From: a virus
Taxonomy: Duplodnaviria; Heunggongvirae; Uroviricota; Caudoviricetes
Reading direction: 5' to 3' (one strand)
Length of the DNA: 64,000 bases
Virus record (IMG/VR): IMGVR_UViG_3300002054_000021
Span: 77,864 to 141,863 of that record
The position numbers and the translations under genes are program-made. A model generated the notes under the pieces. That model was not told the origin of the DNA. It made no database searches and saw only the letters and a list, made by a program, of their open reading frames with translations. Of the stretch, positions 8,277 to 18,578 are shown in pieces; positions within the stretch are counted from its first letter, which is position 1; every line of letters starts with the position of its first letter.

Positions 8277-9983
8277 ATGGCAATTTCAGCAACCCGCGTA
8301 GCAGCGTTCGAATTTTTAATACAATTCAGATCTGCTGGGAGAAATCAAGTTCGCGGTGCTGTAAGGCAGCTAAGGTCATTAAATAGAGTTCAAAGAAATA
8401 ATTCTTCGACAGCTGCTGCGTCTGCAAGGTCGGTAAGCGCATATGCTGCAAGCCTAAGAAGATCAAATCGTAGTCTGCTAGCGGCGACAACTCGTGAGGT
8501 CGCCCTAACCACTGCGCTTAGAAGTGGCGCTAGAGCTAGAATTAGGGCTGCAGCGGCTACGAGAATAGCTAACGCTAGGGAAAATAATTCGAGACTAGCA
8601 AGGGCATTTGGCTCAAGGTCTGTTCAATTAACTTCTAGATTGTTTGGTGCTAGAGCAGCGGGAAATCTTGCTGGCTTTAGATCTGGTATAGGTAGTGTAG
8701 CATCTAGGATTGTAAAGTTGGGTAGGGCATTAGGTCCAGTAGGCGCTGCGCTTTCTTTATTTTTTGGTTTGGTCAGAGGTGGTTTAGGGCTTCTGGCGTC
8801 TTGGGCTAAGTTTAATGCTATAGTTCTTGGCGGTATAGGTTTATTATCTGTTGGAATAGCTAAACTAGCAGACTCATTCTCAAACCTAACAAATAGAATA
8901 AGGGTTGCTGGTGATGGAACAACGACAGTAGCTGACACCACTCTAAGATTAAGAAATATAGCAAGAGAGTCTAGAACTGAGTTTTCAAATATAGCTGAAC
9001 TTTATGGTCGTGTTTCTATCAACGCTAAAGAGCTTGGTGTTAATCAGGCTGAGGTGTTAAAGTTAACAGAATTAACAGCAAAAGCATTCAAGATTGCTGG
9101 CATAACATCTCGTGAAGAAAGCCAAACAATTATTCAATTTGCTCAAGCTCTTGGTTCAAATAGACTTTCTGGAGATGAACTTAGGGCCGTCAGAGAGCAG
9201 GCTCCAGAACTTTCGCAGTCTTTAGCAAGAGGTTTGACTGCATTAGGTAATTTCGGAACTGTAACAGTTGGTAGACTAAAAGAGTTGGGTGAAGAAGGAG
9301 TCTTAACTACTAGGGTTATAACTGACGCATTACTTCAACAAGAAAAAGTAATAAACCAAAGATTTAACAGAATTAGGCCTAAGGTTGCAGAGGGCGTACA
9401 GCAATTAAAAAGCTCTTTGTTTATTTTCGCTGGCACAATAACAGAATCTCTGAATTTAGGTCCTAGGATGTTTAAATTCTTCGACGGACTGGCTCAAAGG
9501 TTTGATGCTTTAGGCAAGTCTTCTGGAAGAATAGCGTTAGCTATAAGAAGACTTCCTCAATTATTTAGAGCTTTAGGTTTAAATGGCCTAAACCCATTAT
9601 TTAAATTCTTTGATGGCATAAATTCATTCTTCAGTAATCTTCCAGATAAAATAGTAAGATTAGCAAATAATATAAACAGCTTTGTATCTCAAATAAATAA
9701 CGGGGAAAGCGCCCAAGTTGCCGCCCAAAGAGCATTTGGTCAAGACTTAGCAGATGTTAGAAGGATATTTGAACCTTTTTCAAATATAAGCAGTGGATTT
9801 TTTAAGCAATTAGATGCATTTAAAGATGCAGTAGTGACTATATCTAATGCGTTACTATCACTTGCGGCTATAATAGATGATGTAGCTAAAGTATTTAACA
9901 TTATTAAGTTCGCCGCCAATGCGGCAACTCCATTAGGCAGGGCAAGAATAGCGGCTGGGGGATTCCCAAGGAGTGACCAATAA
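8277..9983 (+). CDS. tail tape measure protein
   Basis: 568 aa, Ala/Arg/Ser-rich and helical, with hydrophobic glycine-rich segments. Follows the chaperones. Confidence 0.65.
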   Translation: MAISATRVAAFEFLIQFRSAGRNQVRGAVRQLRSLNRVQRNNSSTAAASARSVSAYAASLRRSNRSLLAATTREVALTTALRSGARARIRAAAATRIANARENNSRLARAFGSRSVQLTSRLFGARAAGNLAGFRSGIGSVASRIVKLGRALGPVGAALSLFFGLVRGGLGLLASWAKFNAIVLGGIGLLSVGIAKLADSFSNLTNRIRVAGDGTTTVADTTLRLRNIARESRTEFSNIAELYGRVSINAKELGVNQAEVLKLTELTAKAFKIAGITSREESQTIIQFAQALGSNRLSGDELRAVREQAPELSQSLARGLTALGNFGTVTVGRLKELGEEGVLTTRVITDALLQQEKVINQRFNRIRPKVAEGVQQLKSSLFIFAGTITESLNLGPRMFKFFDGLAQRFDALGKSSGRIALAIRRLPQLFRALGLNGLNPLFKFFDGINSFFSNLPDKIVRLANNINSFVSQINNGESAQVAAQRAFGQDLADVRRIFEPFSNISSGFFKQLDAFKDAVVTISNALLSLAAIIDDVAKVFNIIKFAANAATPLGRARIAAGGFPRSDQ

Positions 9984-11371
9984 TGGCTATTTTATTTGAA
10001 AAAAGAAATTTATGTGGATTAATTATAGATGCAGCAATAACTGAATCGCACACTAAAACTGCTGTTGTTACAGAGGAAAATATAGCGTCTGCGGCATCAG
10101 TTGCTGACCACATGAGAGCATCAAATCCAGAGATAAATTTAAGAGCTATAATATCTGATTATCCTCCTTTGCAATATAATAACTTAAATCCTAAGTATAG
10201 ACCTTCTGGTTTAGGTATAGAATCTATGCCTATATTAGATGAATTTGACTCTCAGGACTCTACAGAGTTAACCGATAATGAAATAGCCTTAAATAGACTT
10301 TTAGTAGTGAACAATACAGGTTTAAATCATTTCGGTTCTATTGCTTCAACATTTGATTACAGCAATTCTGGGTCAAGAACAAAAGCTGCTTGGACTAGAT
10401 TAAATGAAATAATGGATGATAAAGAAGTATGTAGACTTGTAACTGACATAAAGGTTTATGATGAAGTTGTTGTAACAAATATCTCCACTGAGAGAAATAG
10501 AGAAAATATTGATAAGTTAGATGTCAATATAACCCTTAAACAAATAAAGAGGGTTTCTGCCAAAGAAGATACAATACAAATAATACAATCCAAGGGAACT
10601 AAAAATCTTGGCACTCAGGAAAGCCAGTGTTTAACATTTAACCAAGTTTTTACACAAAATGTAGAAAGAGGTCAAGGTGGAGAAAGGGCAATACAGAGCG
10701 GTAATATTCAAGCTCAGTCTAGAACTTTATCCTCAGAAGATTATGATCAAATATGCGCAAGGATAGCAACGCGCTATAGTAACTTAAAAATAAATGATAA
10801 CGAAGTTGTAACGAGAGATGTTGATGGCAAGCTTATAGTTAGGGCGACTCCAGATATCAACTTTACTGGATTAACTGGAATAGAGAGTTTCAGGGCAGTA
10901 AGGGAGCAGAGCCGAGAAATAAAGAGAAGAAGATTAATTCTTGAGCTTGAAAACAAGGAGGAGCAGAGAAATCAAGGAGTAGCCACATCTGCGTGTAATA
11001 ACTTTTATGCCGAGTTATCTGACAACCAATTAATTACATGTCGAATGACTGAGGCTTGCGGTGACACTGCGTTCAACCCTCCAACAGAGCAAGAAACTGA
11101 AGCAAAAGATGCTGAAGGCGTTCTTAGTCAAGCTGAGGCAAAAAGAAGGCAAGATAGGGCTGAGTTAGATAGGTATAGGCAGGGCGCTTTAGATCCTACA
11201 ACGCAACAAATAAATCAAATAGTTATACAGAATCAAATTGATGCTAGAAGGGAAATAGAGAGAAGTATAGAAGATTCTAGAGTAAATTGCTATACAGATC
11301 AGGTTTTGAAGTTCTTAACCGAAAACAATAGATTTGATGTAGGTGAAGTATTTAGAAATAGCAGACTTTAA
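9983..11371 (+). CDS. hypothetical tail protein (Mu gp43/DNA-circulation position)
   Basis: 462-aa ORF after the tape measure gene. Confidence 0.45.
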   Translation: MAILFEKRNLCGLIIDAAITESHTKTAVVTEENIASAASVADHMRASNPEINLRAIISDYPPLQYNNLNPKYRPSGLGIESMPILDEFDSQDSTELTDNEIALNRLLVVNNTGLNHFGSIASTFDYSNSGSRTKAAWTRLNEIMDDKEVCRLVTDIKVYDEVVVTNISTERNRENIDKLDVNITLKQIKRVSAKEDTIQIIQSKGTKNLGTQESQCLTFNQVFTQNVERGQGGERAIQSGNIQAQSRTLSSEDYDQICARIATRYSNLKINDNEVVTRDVDGKLIVRATPDINFTGLTGIESFRAVREQSREIKRRRLILELENKEEQRNQGVATSACNNFYAELSDNQLITCRMTEACGDTAFNPPTEQETEAKDAEGVLSQAEAKRRQDRAELDRYRQGALDPTTQQINQIVIQNQIDARREIERSIEDSRVNCYTDQVLKFLTENNRFDVGEVFRNSRL

Positions 11372-11385
11372 TTAAGGGGATTAAA

Positions 11386-11748
11386 ATGTTTATACTTCAT
11401 GTCAGTGAAGACACAAATCAAGTTTTTAATTTTACGTCTCAATACAGAACAACAATTAATATAAAGTTTCCAGACGACTCTTTGGTTGATAAAGATAAAT
11501 ACGTACCAGTTATGGATATATATATAGATGGTTTTTCTCCAATTTATGGAATTCCCATGATTCCTTATTCTGATGTTCTTTCAGAATATGTTAAAGCTAG
11601 ATGTATACCTCTTGATTATGGTGGAATTATAACAATTCCGACTAGAGAGGGGGTTATAAACAAAGAATCTATTGTTAACCAAGACGCTCTTTTAGTTTAT
11701 CTTACTCCGCAAGAAATATTAATGATGTCTATAGATTTTGAGATTTAG
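11386..11748 (+). CDS. hypothetical protein
   Basis: 120-aa ORF with AGGGGA RBS. Confidence 0.5.
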   Translation: MFILHVSEDTNQVFNFTSQYRTTINIKFPDDSLVDKDKYVPVMDIYIDGFSPIYGIPMIPYSDVLSEYVKARCIPLDYGGIITIPTREGVINKESIVNQDALLVYLTPQEILMMSIDFEI

Positions 11749-11754
11749 TTTACA

Positions 11755-12822
11755 ATGACGAGTGGTTTATTTTGGTGCCGAAAAATAAGATTGACCATAG
11801 GGTCAAACGAAACTGGCAGGGCTATAAGAATTGGAAATGAAGAGGTTAACCTAGGTGGATTAAGTTCTGATTATAGAGTTGACTTCAATATATTAAGAAC
11901 TAGGGGAAAGTCCCCCAATAAAGGGACTATATCTGTATACAATCTTTCATCCGAAGAGAGGGCGAATATTGATAGAGAGTACCAAAGAGTAAAGCTTATA
12001 GCAGGATATCAAGGCGATACACCTGTTGAAGATGAAAATGGTTTTTGGGGTGTTATAATAGATGGCTGGATTGATAAGATTACTCACCAAAGGTCAGGTC
12101 CAGACATAATAACAACTATGACCTGCACTGATTCAGCGCCAGCAGAAAAAAGGGCGCGTGTTAACTTTACATATCTAGAAGGTGACACTTATGAAAAGGT
12201 TGTAAATGATATTGTCAGTAAAATGCCAAATGTAAAAATTGGAGACATAAGCGGTATTTTAAATCAAAAAACCATACCCTCTAAAGGTTATGTTGTATCA
12301 GGATCAGCTAGAGATGAGTTAGAAAAAATAGCTAAACTTCATGACTCTAGATCAACTATAAACAACGGTGTAGTGGAAATAATATCCAATGACACAGGAA
12401 TACTTAACGGCTATGCTGTACCTCTTTTTGATCTAGATTCTGGTTTAATATCTGCTTCTAAAACTGAAAAAGGAATACAATTTAAAGCTTTTTTACACCC
12501 TTATGTGGAGCCTAATAAGTTTGTTAAGGTTATTGATGATTTGTTGGAGTCTGGAAGAGATACTAGAAAAACATTAAGTCAGACTGAAAGGGCTAGAATA
12601 GAAAACTTGAAAAAGGAAAACAAACCAATACCTAAAGTCAATGATTCAACAGGCGTTTATAGAGTTAACTCAGTTAGATTTGTGGGCACAAACGGCGTTT
12701 CTGGTGGTGACTTTAGTATAACTGTAGAGGGCCAGAAGAGTAATGGTTATAATGTCGATAGGCCTGAATTGGACAAAAGCCCAGTAGGTAGGGTTTCAAG
12801 AGGAACTGAGACAGTTCCATAG
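11755..12822 (+). CDS. putative baseplate hub protein (P2 gpD / Mu gp44 position)
   Basis: 355-aa ORF. Call rests on synteny only. Confidence 0.45.
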   Translation: MTSGLFWCRKIRLTIGSNETGRAIRIGNEEVNLGGLSSDYRVDFNILRTRGKSPNKGTISVYNLSSEERANIDREYQRVKLIAGYQGDTPVEDENGFWGVIIDGWIDKITHQRSGPDIITTMTCTDSAPAEKRARVNFTYLEGDTYEKVVNDIVSKMPNVKIGDISGILNQKTIPSKGYVVSGSARDELEKIAKLHDSRSTINNGVVEIISNDTGILNGYAVPLFDLDSGLISASKTEKGIQFKAFLHPYVEPNKFVKVIDDLLESGRDTRKTLSQTERARIENLKKENKPIPKVNDSTGVYRVNSVRFVGTNGVSGGDFSITVEGQKSNGYNVDRPELDKSPVGRVSRGTETVP

Positions 12823-12831
12823 GGGGTAATT

Positions 12832-13545
12832 TTGTCAAAGATATATCAAGATAAATTCAGCATAACAGACACTGAAGAAGAGATGTTTAACGAGTGGCTT
12901 GATTATAGGCTGTACGACGTTCACACAGCCCATCCAGCGAGGGTTGTATCTGTAGATACATTTTCAGGCGGCAATACTATACCTGCATTTAATGGTAAAA
13001 GAAGAACTGTCAGTGTTCAATTATGTATACAAAGAGATATAAAGGGATTAGCTCACGCAGTTTCTCCATTGATTAATGTCCCTGTTTGCTATCCGTCGTC
13101 CAAAAGCTTTGGTATGACTTGGCCTTTGGAAGAGGGTGACGAGGGGATGGTTATTTTTAGTGAATCTTCTATGGACAGATGGTGGGAAAAAGAGGGAAGC
13201 GATTTTGTTGTAAATCCAGAAGATACTAGAATGCACAGTTATTCAGATGGTGTATTTATTCCTAATATAATGAGAAAATCTGTAGCTGAAGGTTGTCCAG
13301 AGATAAAAGATAATGAATTAATTATTTATAACAAAGACACAACAATATGTTTGAAAGAAGATAATGTAACTGTTTCCGTTGGGGAATTAACCTTAACTTT
13401 ATGTGACGATGGTAAATTTAGTATAAATACACCCACTGGTGAGTTTGTAGAGGTGTTAGCTAGGGCTTTAGAAGTTATTTCTGCAGTGCCTTTAAATGCG
13501 GCGGCGGCACCTTTTGCCGCCCAGATAAGAACGATGGTAAAGTAA
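12832..13545 (+). CDS. putative baseplate spike (gpV-like)
   Basis: TTG start with GGGGG RBS. Weak resemblance to the gpV N-domain. Confidence 0.45.
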   Translation: MSKIYQDKFSITDTEEEMFNEWLDYRLYDVHTAHPARVVSVDTFSGGNTIPAFNGKRRTVSVQLCIQRDIKGLAHAVSPLINVPVCYPSSKSFGMTWPLEEGDEGMVIFSESSMDRWWEKEGSDFVVNPEDTRMHSYSDGVFIPNIMRKSVAEGCPEIKDNELIIYNKDTTICLKEDNVTVSVGELTLTLCDDGKFSINTPTGEFVEVLARALEVISAVPLNAAAAPFAAQIRTMVK

Positions 13546-13546
13546 G

Positions 13547-13870
13547 ATGTCAACTATAAAATTAGATAATGAAAGTTGGGATATAGTGATATCTGATGGC
13601 GGTGTAGATACAGTTGATGGCTGTGACGAAATAATACAGTGTATAAAGCAAAACATTAATGATTTAGACTTTTCTCAGCTTGTCGGTGTTTACAGGGGTG
13701 ATGAGATTGTTTCAGGGTTAATAAAGTCATCCATAAATTCTGTATCTGGAGTCACTTCCATAAACAGTTTTTCAATAGAAAGAAGTGATTATAACTGCGG
13801 TATAATAACAGGGCTTATAATTAATTTTTCTATATCCACTACTTGTGGAAATATAACAATGGGGGTTTAA
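13547..13870 (+). CDS. putative baseplate wedge protein (gpW/gp25-like)
   Basis: 107 aa. Position between the V-like and J-like genes. Confidence 0.4.
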   Translation: MSTIKLDNESWDIVISDGGVDTVDGCDEIIQCIKQNINDLDFSQLVGVYRGDEIVSGLIKSSINSVSGVTSINSFSIERSDYNCGIITGLIINFSISTTCGNITMGV

Positions 13871-13872
13871 CT

Positions 13873-15597
13873 ATGGCTGGAGGATACGGCCTTACATCAA
13901 CAGGGTTTATAGTCCCTACCAGAGATGATATACTATTTGATGTAATTCAAGATATGCAAGCAACTTTTCCTCAATTATCTTTTGAGGACTCTAAAGTCGA
14001 AACTGCTATAGCTAATACTATAACAAATCAAGTCTATGAGGTTTGGTTGACAGTATTCGATATTTATAATTCTCAGAATCCAAATTTCGCATCTGGATGT
14101 AGGCTTGATATACTTGCTTCTAGATCTGGAATAACTAGGCAAATAGAAGAGGATGATGTAGCGCTAAGGTCAAGATTAATATCAACACAATCTTCTAGTG
14201 GGCAGCTTACTGGCAGCGATTGTTTTAATAAACTATTCTCTGATCTATCTGAAATATCTGATGTTCAGGAAATACAAATAAATCTAAATAGCACCTCCCA
14301 GCAAGAAGGTGTTCTCCCTCCAAACTCTTATGAGGTTATGGTTCTAGGTGGAAATCAAGAGGATGTTGCTAACGCCATATGGGACAATCATCCTGTAGGA
14401 ATAACTTTGTCGGGGAACACATCTGTCCAGATAACTGATTGTACAGGAGTTTGCAGAGATATATTCTTTACAAGACCAAAGCTTGTACCTATTTACTTAG
14501 ACATAAGAGTGATAAGAACGTCTACCAATTGTGGTTGCCCAACCGATGATACAACTATTATAGCTCAATCAATACAGGATTATATAGATTCTGAAGACGG
14601 AGTTTGTTTTACTCGAATAGGTCAGGCAATAAACTCTCAAGATTTCTTTAGGCCTGTATACGAGATACAAGGGCTTGGCGTTTCGTGCATAAAGATGTCA
14701 AGGGACGGTGGAATTGTAGATCAAGATTTAATAACCTTGAAAAGAGATGAGGTTCCATTCTTTTCTGCTGAATGTATAAATATAGAATTTACCTCAGAAG
14801 AAAATTCTCCATGCGTAACTGGTGAATATTTAACACCTCCAGAGGAATGTACTTTCACGCTAGATATAGTTAAAACAGCCGATACATCAGGAGTTAATAA
14901 TGTTGGGTCTATAATAAATTATACTTATGTGGTTACCAATAATGGAAGTGTGGACATAACTCAGGATATAATAATAACTGACGATAAAGCTACTGTGAAT
15001 TGTCCTGCGCTACCTACAGGATCGCTTGGCGCGGGAGAATCGGTGACATGTACATCATCTTATGAATTTACTTACGATGATGGTATAGCTGGAGGCGTAA
15101 CTAATAAAGCTCAAGCTGTAAGCGGAAATATATTTTCTCCTTGTGTGGAGCTTACAGTTCCATATACAGGTGATATACTGTTCCATCAAATGTTATTGGA
15201 GAAAGAATTAATAAGCGGCGAGTGTACCGCATTAGCTAATACATTGACTTATAGATATACAATTACTAATACAGGTACTGTTCCCATAACAGGACAGCCA
15301 ATAATAAACGATGACAGAATAGGTGGTATAATTTGTCCTCCGTTACCTGCGGATGGGTTACTTCCTAATCAGTCAATATTCGCTACTGCTGAATATTCGG
15401 TGACGCAAGCAGATCTTGACGCAGGTGAAGTTTGTAATTCTGCTAGAGCTATAGGCCAAACGCCTCTTGGCAATCTAATATCAAACCCAGTTACAGTTTG
15501 TGTGGATTGTATGGATAATGGAGGAGGCGGCGGCTTAAGTGCACCAAATATAACATGTCCACCAAATCAAGATTTAACTGTTGGAGTTGCTTTATAA
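13873..15597 (+). CDS. baseplate J-like protein with C-terminal DUF11-type repeats
   Basis: ATG at 13873 with GGGGG RBS. Repeats NVGSIINYTYVVTNNGSVDIT and LTYRYTITNTGTVPIT. Confidence 0.5.
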   Translation: MAGGYGLTSTGFIVPTRDDILFDVIQDMQATFPQLSFEDSKVETAIANTITNQVYEVWLTVFDIYNSQNPNFASGCRLDILASRSGITRQIEEDDVALRSRLISTQSSSGQLTGSDCFNKLFSDLSEISDVQEIQINLNSTSQQEGVLPPNSYEVMVLGGNQEDVANAIWDNHPVGITLSGNTSVQITDCTGVCRDIFFTRPKLVPIYLDIRVIRTSTNCGCPTDDTTIIAQSIQDYIDSEDGVCFTRIGQAINSQDFFRPVYEIQGLGVSCIKMSRDGGIVDQDLITLKRDEVPFFSAECINIEFTSEENSPCVTGEYLTPPEECTFTLDIVKTADTSGVNNVGSIINYTYVVTNNGSVDITQDIIITDDKATVNCPALPTGSLGAGESVTCTSSYEFTYDDGIAGGVTNKAQAVSGNIFSPCVELTVPYTGDILFHQMLLEKELISGECTALANTLTYRYTITNTGTVPITGQPIINDDRIGGIICPPLPADGLLPNQSIFATAEYSVTQADLDAGEVCNSARAIGQTPLGNLISNPVTVCVDCMDNGGGGGLSAPNITCPPNQDLTVGVAL

Positions 15598-17166
15598 ATG
15601 GCAGAAAATTTAACATTGGATTTAGATTGTTGTGATTTTCCAGACTTAGATATATGTGATATAGTGGCAACTATGCCTGCTCAATATCAACAGTCAAGTA
15701 AGTTGCAGGATTTATTTCTTATACCTCTCATAAATCAGATTAATTGTGCAAGAAGTACATTTAGGGTAATGTGTGGAGACTCTGATTGTACAACATTGCA
15801 GTCTGGCGTTCTTACAGCTTATGGGGAATCTGTTGGGTTTGGTAGAGTCCACTGCGATGCTGCTTGTAATGTATCAGGCGCTACAAGTATTGATGAGGAT
15901 GAGATATATTGTAGATTTATACAAATACATCTTTTATCCAAAAGAGGCGCTAACATGTCTACATTGTGCGAAGCTGTGACTTGTTTTTTTGGTGAAGAGG
16001 GAAGAATCCTAACGTCAACTGGAGGTGTAACTGAAATAGCTGTAGGTAGAGAGTTGACAGATGTTGAAAAGAAATATCTTCCATTGATACAAAGAATTTT
16101 GCCTCACACTTGCGGAACTGAGATAAGGATATATGCCAACGATGCTGCAATGTCTTATGATATAGATAATATCTTTGGTATAAATTGTGATGGCTGTGAA
16201 ATATGGAATGACGACCTATGCGGAGGCGCTCCATTCTTATGCAGCCAGAGTGTTTGTGGAGACCCTCCAAGTTTAGTTTGTCCTAATCCTTTAGAATTAA
16301 TAGTAAATGGAATCGTAAGTATATCTTTCGGAAATACAAGCGATCCAGTTCAGTTAGGAGGTTGGTCGATATCCCCATCCTTGCCCGCTGGTCTTAATTT
16401 TGATAGCCAAAATGGATTTATTTCTGGGGCTGCTACAGCAGTATTTCCAGAGACAGAATTCACTGTCATAGGAGTAAATCCTAATGGTGAAGATTCTTGC
16501 ACATTCTTACTGTCTGTAATTCCAGCCGCTCCTGAAATAACATGCTCTCCAGAAAGGATATTCTCTGTAGGTGTTCAAGAGGGTGTTGTTATAGCTTCTA
16601 ACACAGGCGGTCCCATACCATTGGGTGGCTGGTCAATATCGCCACCTCTACCTGCTGGACTTACTTTCAATTCTGATACGGCTGAAATATCTGGGGTGCC
16701 GACAGCACCATCACCACAGACTCAATATTTAATTGAGGCCACCAATATCGATGGTTCAAGTCAGTGCTTGTTCACACTAACAGTTACTGCAGATACTTCA
16801 CCTTGTGTCGGTGTTGTAAACTGTCAAGGCGATGATATATTGTTGACAAACTTTAGGGTTATGACTGGGGTTGGATTTGTGCCAGATGGCTTAATAGGAC
16901 AAACAATAGGTAGTTGTTCTGGAGATATAAGCGGAATAAATATAACTCAATCATTCCATATTAGCGGCGGTGACGTTACTGTGACATTCGATACGCCTAT
17001 ACCTTCAAATTGGACTATGGTGACATTCGAGGGTAATGGAAGGACGGCGTCGATAGACCTTACCCCATACACTGGATTGAGATCATTTACCTTAATCCCA
17101 ACAGATTCATTTAACTATCAACTAATATTCTCAGGACAGTTCGATGTAACTGTTGACTGTACATAA
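15598..17166 (+). CDS. tail fibre / receptor-binding protein with two He_PIG Ig-like repeats
   Basis: Repeats GGWSISPSLPAGLNFDSQNGFISGAATA and GGWSISPPLPAGLTFNSDTAEISGVPTAP. Confidence 0.55.
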   Translation: MAENLTLDLDCCDFPDLDICDIVATMPAQYQQSSKLQDLFLIPLINQINCARSTFRVMCGDSDCTTLQSGVLTAYGESVGFGRVHCDAACNVSGATSIDEDEIYCRFIQIHLLSKRGANMSTLCEAVTCFFGEEGRILTSTGGVTEIAVGRELTDVEKKYLPLIQRILPHTCGTEIRIYANDAAMSYDIDNIFGINCDGCEIWNDDLCGGAPFLCSQSVCGDPPSLVCPNPLELIVNGIVSISFGNTSDPVQLGGWSISPSLPAGLNFDSQNGFISGAATAVFPETEFTVIGVNPNGEDSCTFLLSVIPAAPEITCSPERIFSVGVQEGVVIASNTGGPIPLGGWSISPPLPAGLTFNSDTAEISGVPTAPSPQTQYLIEATNIDGSSQCLFTLTVTADTSPCVGVVNCQGDDILLTNFRVMTGVGFVPDGLIGQTIGSCSGDISGINITQSFHISGGDVTVTFDTPIPSNWTMVTFEGNGRTASIDLTPYTGLRSFTLIPTDSFNYQLIFSGQFDVTVDCT

Positions 17167-17181
17167 TTCTTAGGGGGAAAT

Positions 17182-17646
17182 ATGACAATAACTGCATCAG
17201 ATCAGCCGCCAATAATTGGTTGCGGAGTTGCCAATCAGGCATTTTTGGATTTACTCAATGATGAGAGGCAAAACACATTCCAGTGTTTGCTTGACTTAAC
17301 TATAAGGTTAGAGGCTTTAGTGGCTGAACTTCCTGATACAATTTGCAATGCATTTGTTCCTAGGTTTCATACTCAAACATCCTCTGGGCAGAATAATTTA
17401 TCTGTGACCGCTCCAGCTGGAGGCACATGGATGTATATCGCTGTACTTGATGGAGCTGAAGCTGCTGTCAATCAAATAGCTGGCGGCACATTAAGGCCTT
17501 TCACTTGGGCGGAAGGTGATACGGATGATGATAGAGGATTCGGCGGATCTCACACAGGAACTGTTGCTGGTGGAACTTCGATAACCGCTAATGTAGGAAA
17601 CCAATCTTCTACATTATCTGCTTTATTTATAAGGACGGATTGCTAA
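17182..17646 (+). CDS. hypothetical tail-associated protein
   Basis: 154 aa with GGGGG RBS. Confidence 0.45.
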   Translation: MTITASDQPPIIGCGVANQAFLDLLNDERQNTFQCLLDLTIRLEALVAELPDTICNAFVPRFHTQTSSGQNNLSVTAPAGGTWMYIAVLDGAEAAVNQIAGGTLRPFTWAEGDTDDDRGFGGSHTGTVAGGTSITANVGNQSSTLSALFIRTDC

Positions 17647-17960
17647 TGGAAATACTTTCTAAAACAAAAAACCCTAATAGAGGGATAAATATAAGGTATG
17701 TACGTGATGATGGGGTTGTAGCTCCATACAATCTGATTGATACCGATATATCAGAGCTTGGTATAATGTTAAGAAAAATGTCTAGGGAAATAAAATTTAC
17801 TGAAGATGAATCAGAGGTTGTAATAGATATTGGAGTTGACAGGAGGGCTGAAAAGGAATCAGCGAGGGCTGAAAAAATTAAAAGAGCTGAGACTTTTATC
17901 GATATGATATTAGATGGTGATAAAGAAAAAGCGCTTGAGATTTTAATCTCTATAATATAA
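17640..17960 (+). CDS. hypothetical protein
   Basis: 106 aa with a charged C-terminus. Confidence 0.45.
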   Translation: MLMEILSKTKNPNRGINIRYVRDDGVVAPYNLIDTDISELGIMLRKMSREIKFTEDESEVVIDIGVDRRAEKESARAEKIKRAETFIDMILDGDKEKALEILISII

Positions 17961-18035
17961 ACTGGATGCTCTATGAGCTAGGCGGGAGTGGAATTTGCCC
18001 CCGAAGGAAACTCCTGCCGATTATTTGGGGAAAAT

Positions 18036-18209
18036 ATGTGCGATTGCAGTAAGTTTAATACTGAATATAAAATTAAAACTAGGTACAATAATGGCCAAAA
18101 GTCTGAATATTTAGAATATTATTGCTCAAATTGTGATAAAATAAAAGAAACCGTTCTATTAAGGGTCATAAAAAGAAAAAAAGAGAGATTTTTTAAAAAA
18201 AGGTGTTGA
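18036..18209 (+). CDS. small zinc-ribbon protein
   Basis: ATG after GGGG. CDC...C...CSNC motif. The track's 17988 start is GTG. Confidence 0.35.
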   Translation: MCDCSKFNTEYKIKTRYNNGQKSEYLEYYCSNCDKIKETVLLRVIKRKKERFFKKRC

Positions 18210-18234
18210 CTTTTATTTATTAAGTTAATATACA
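18206..18234 (+). promoter_or_regulatory. sigma70-like promoter TTGACT-17-TATACA
   Basis: Flanked by the inverted repeat GTTGAC...GTCAAC. Confidence 0.45.
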
Positions 18235-18266
18235 TTTATTGTCAACTTAACTTAAAGGATAAAACC

Positions 18267-18440
18267 ATGACAGACCCAGTAACAGAAACAACAACAGAAG
18301 ATTCGACTCCTGCATCAGATGCTCCGTTTTACGAAACGGTTATGAATGATGTTAAGTCTTTCTTTTCTGAAAGCTTCGTATCAGCCTCAGTGTATACCGC
18401 TGGAGTCGTTGCTCTAACGCTCATTTTTGCGGCTCTTTAG
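18267..18440 (+). CDS. small membrane protein (57 aa)
   Basis: AAGGA RBS and a C-terminal transmembrane segment. Below the ORF-track size cutoff. Confidence 0.35.
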   Translation: MTDPVTETTTEDSTPASDAPFYETVMNDVKSFFSESFVSASVYTAGVVALTLIFAAL

Positions 18441-18464
18441 AAATTAAACACATATGATGTTTTA

Positions 18465-18493
18465 GGGATGGCTTCGGCTGTCCCTTTTTTTTA
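18465..18493 (+). terminator. rho-independent terminator
   Basis: GGGATGGC-TTCG-GCTGTCCC hairpin followed by T9. Confidence 0.6.
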
Positions 18494-18578
18494 TTTGACA
18501 GCAGGCTATTTTTATGATAAACATATAAAAATTAAAAAAAATATAAAATAAAATTTAAGAATCTGGGGAGATGATAAA

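Noticed and set aside
13326-13553. - strand ORFs embedded in + strand genes (also 2791-3012, 8624-8941, 15959-16270, 18989-19979, 23120-23606, 37979-38197, 43767-44036, 44254-44565, 46600-46821, 47381-47714, 59676-59936)
   Set aside because: Each lies fully inside a better-supported + strand gene. The genome is otherwise co-linear on the + strand. Treated as spurious.
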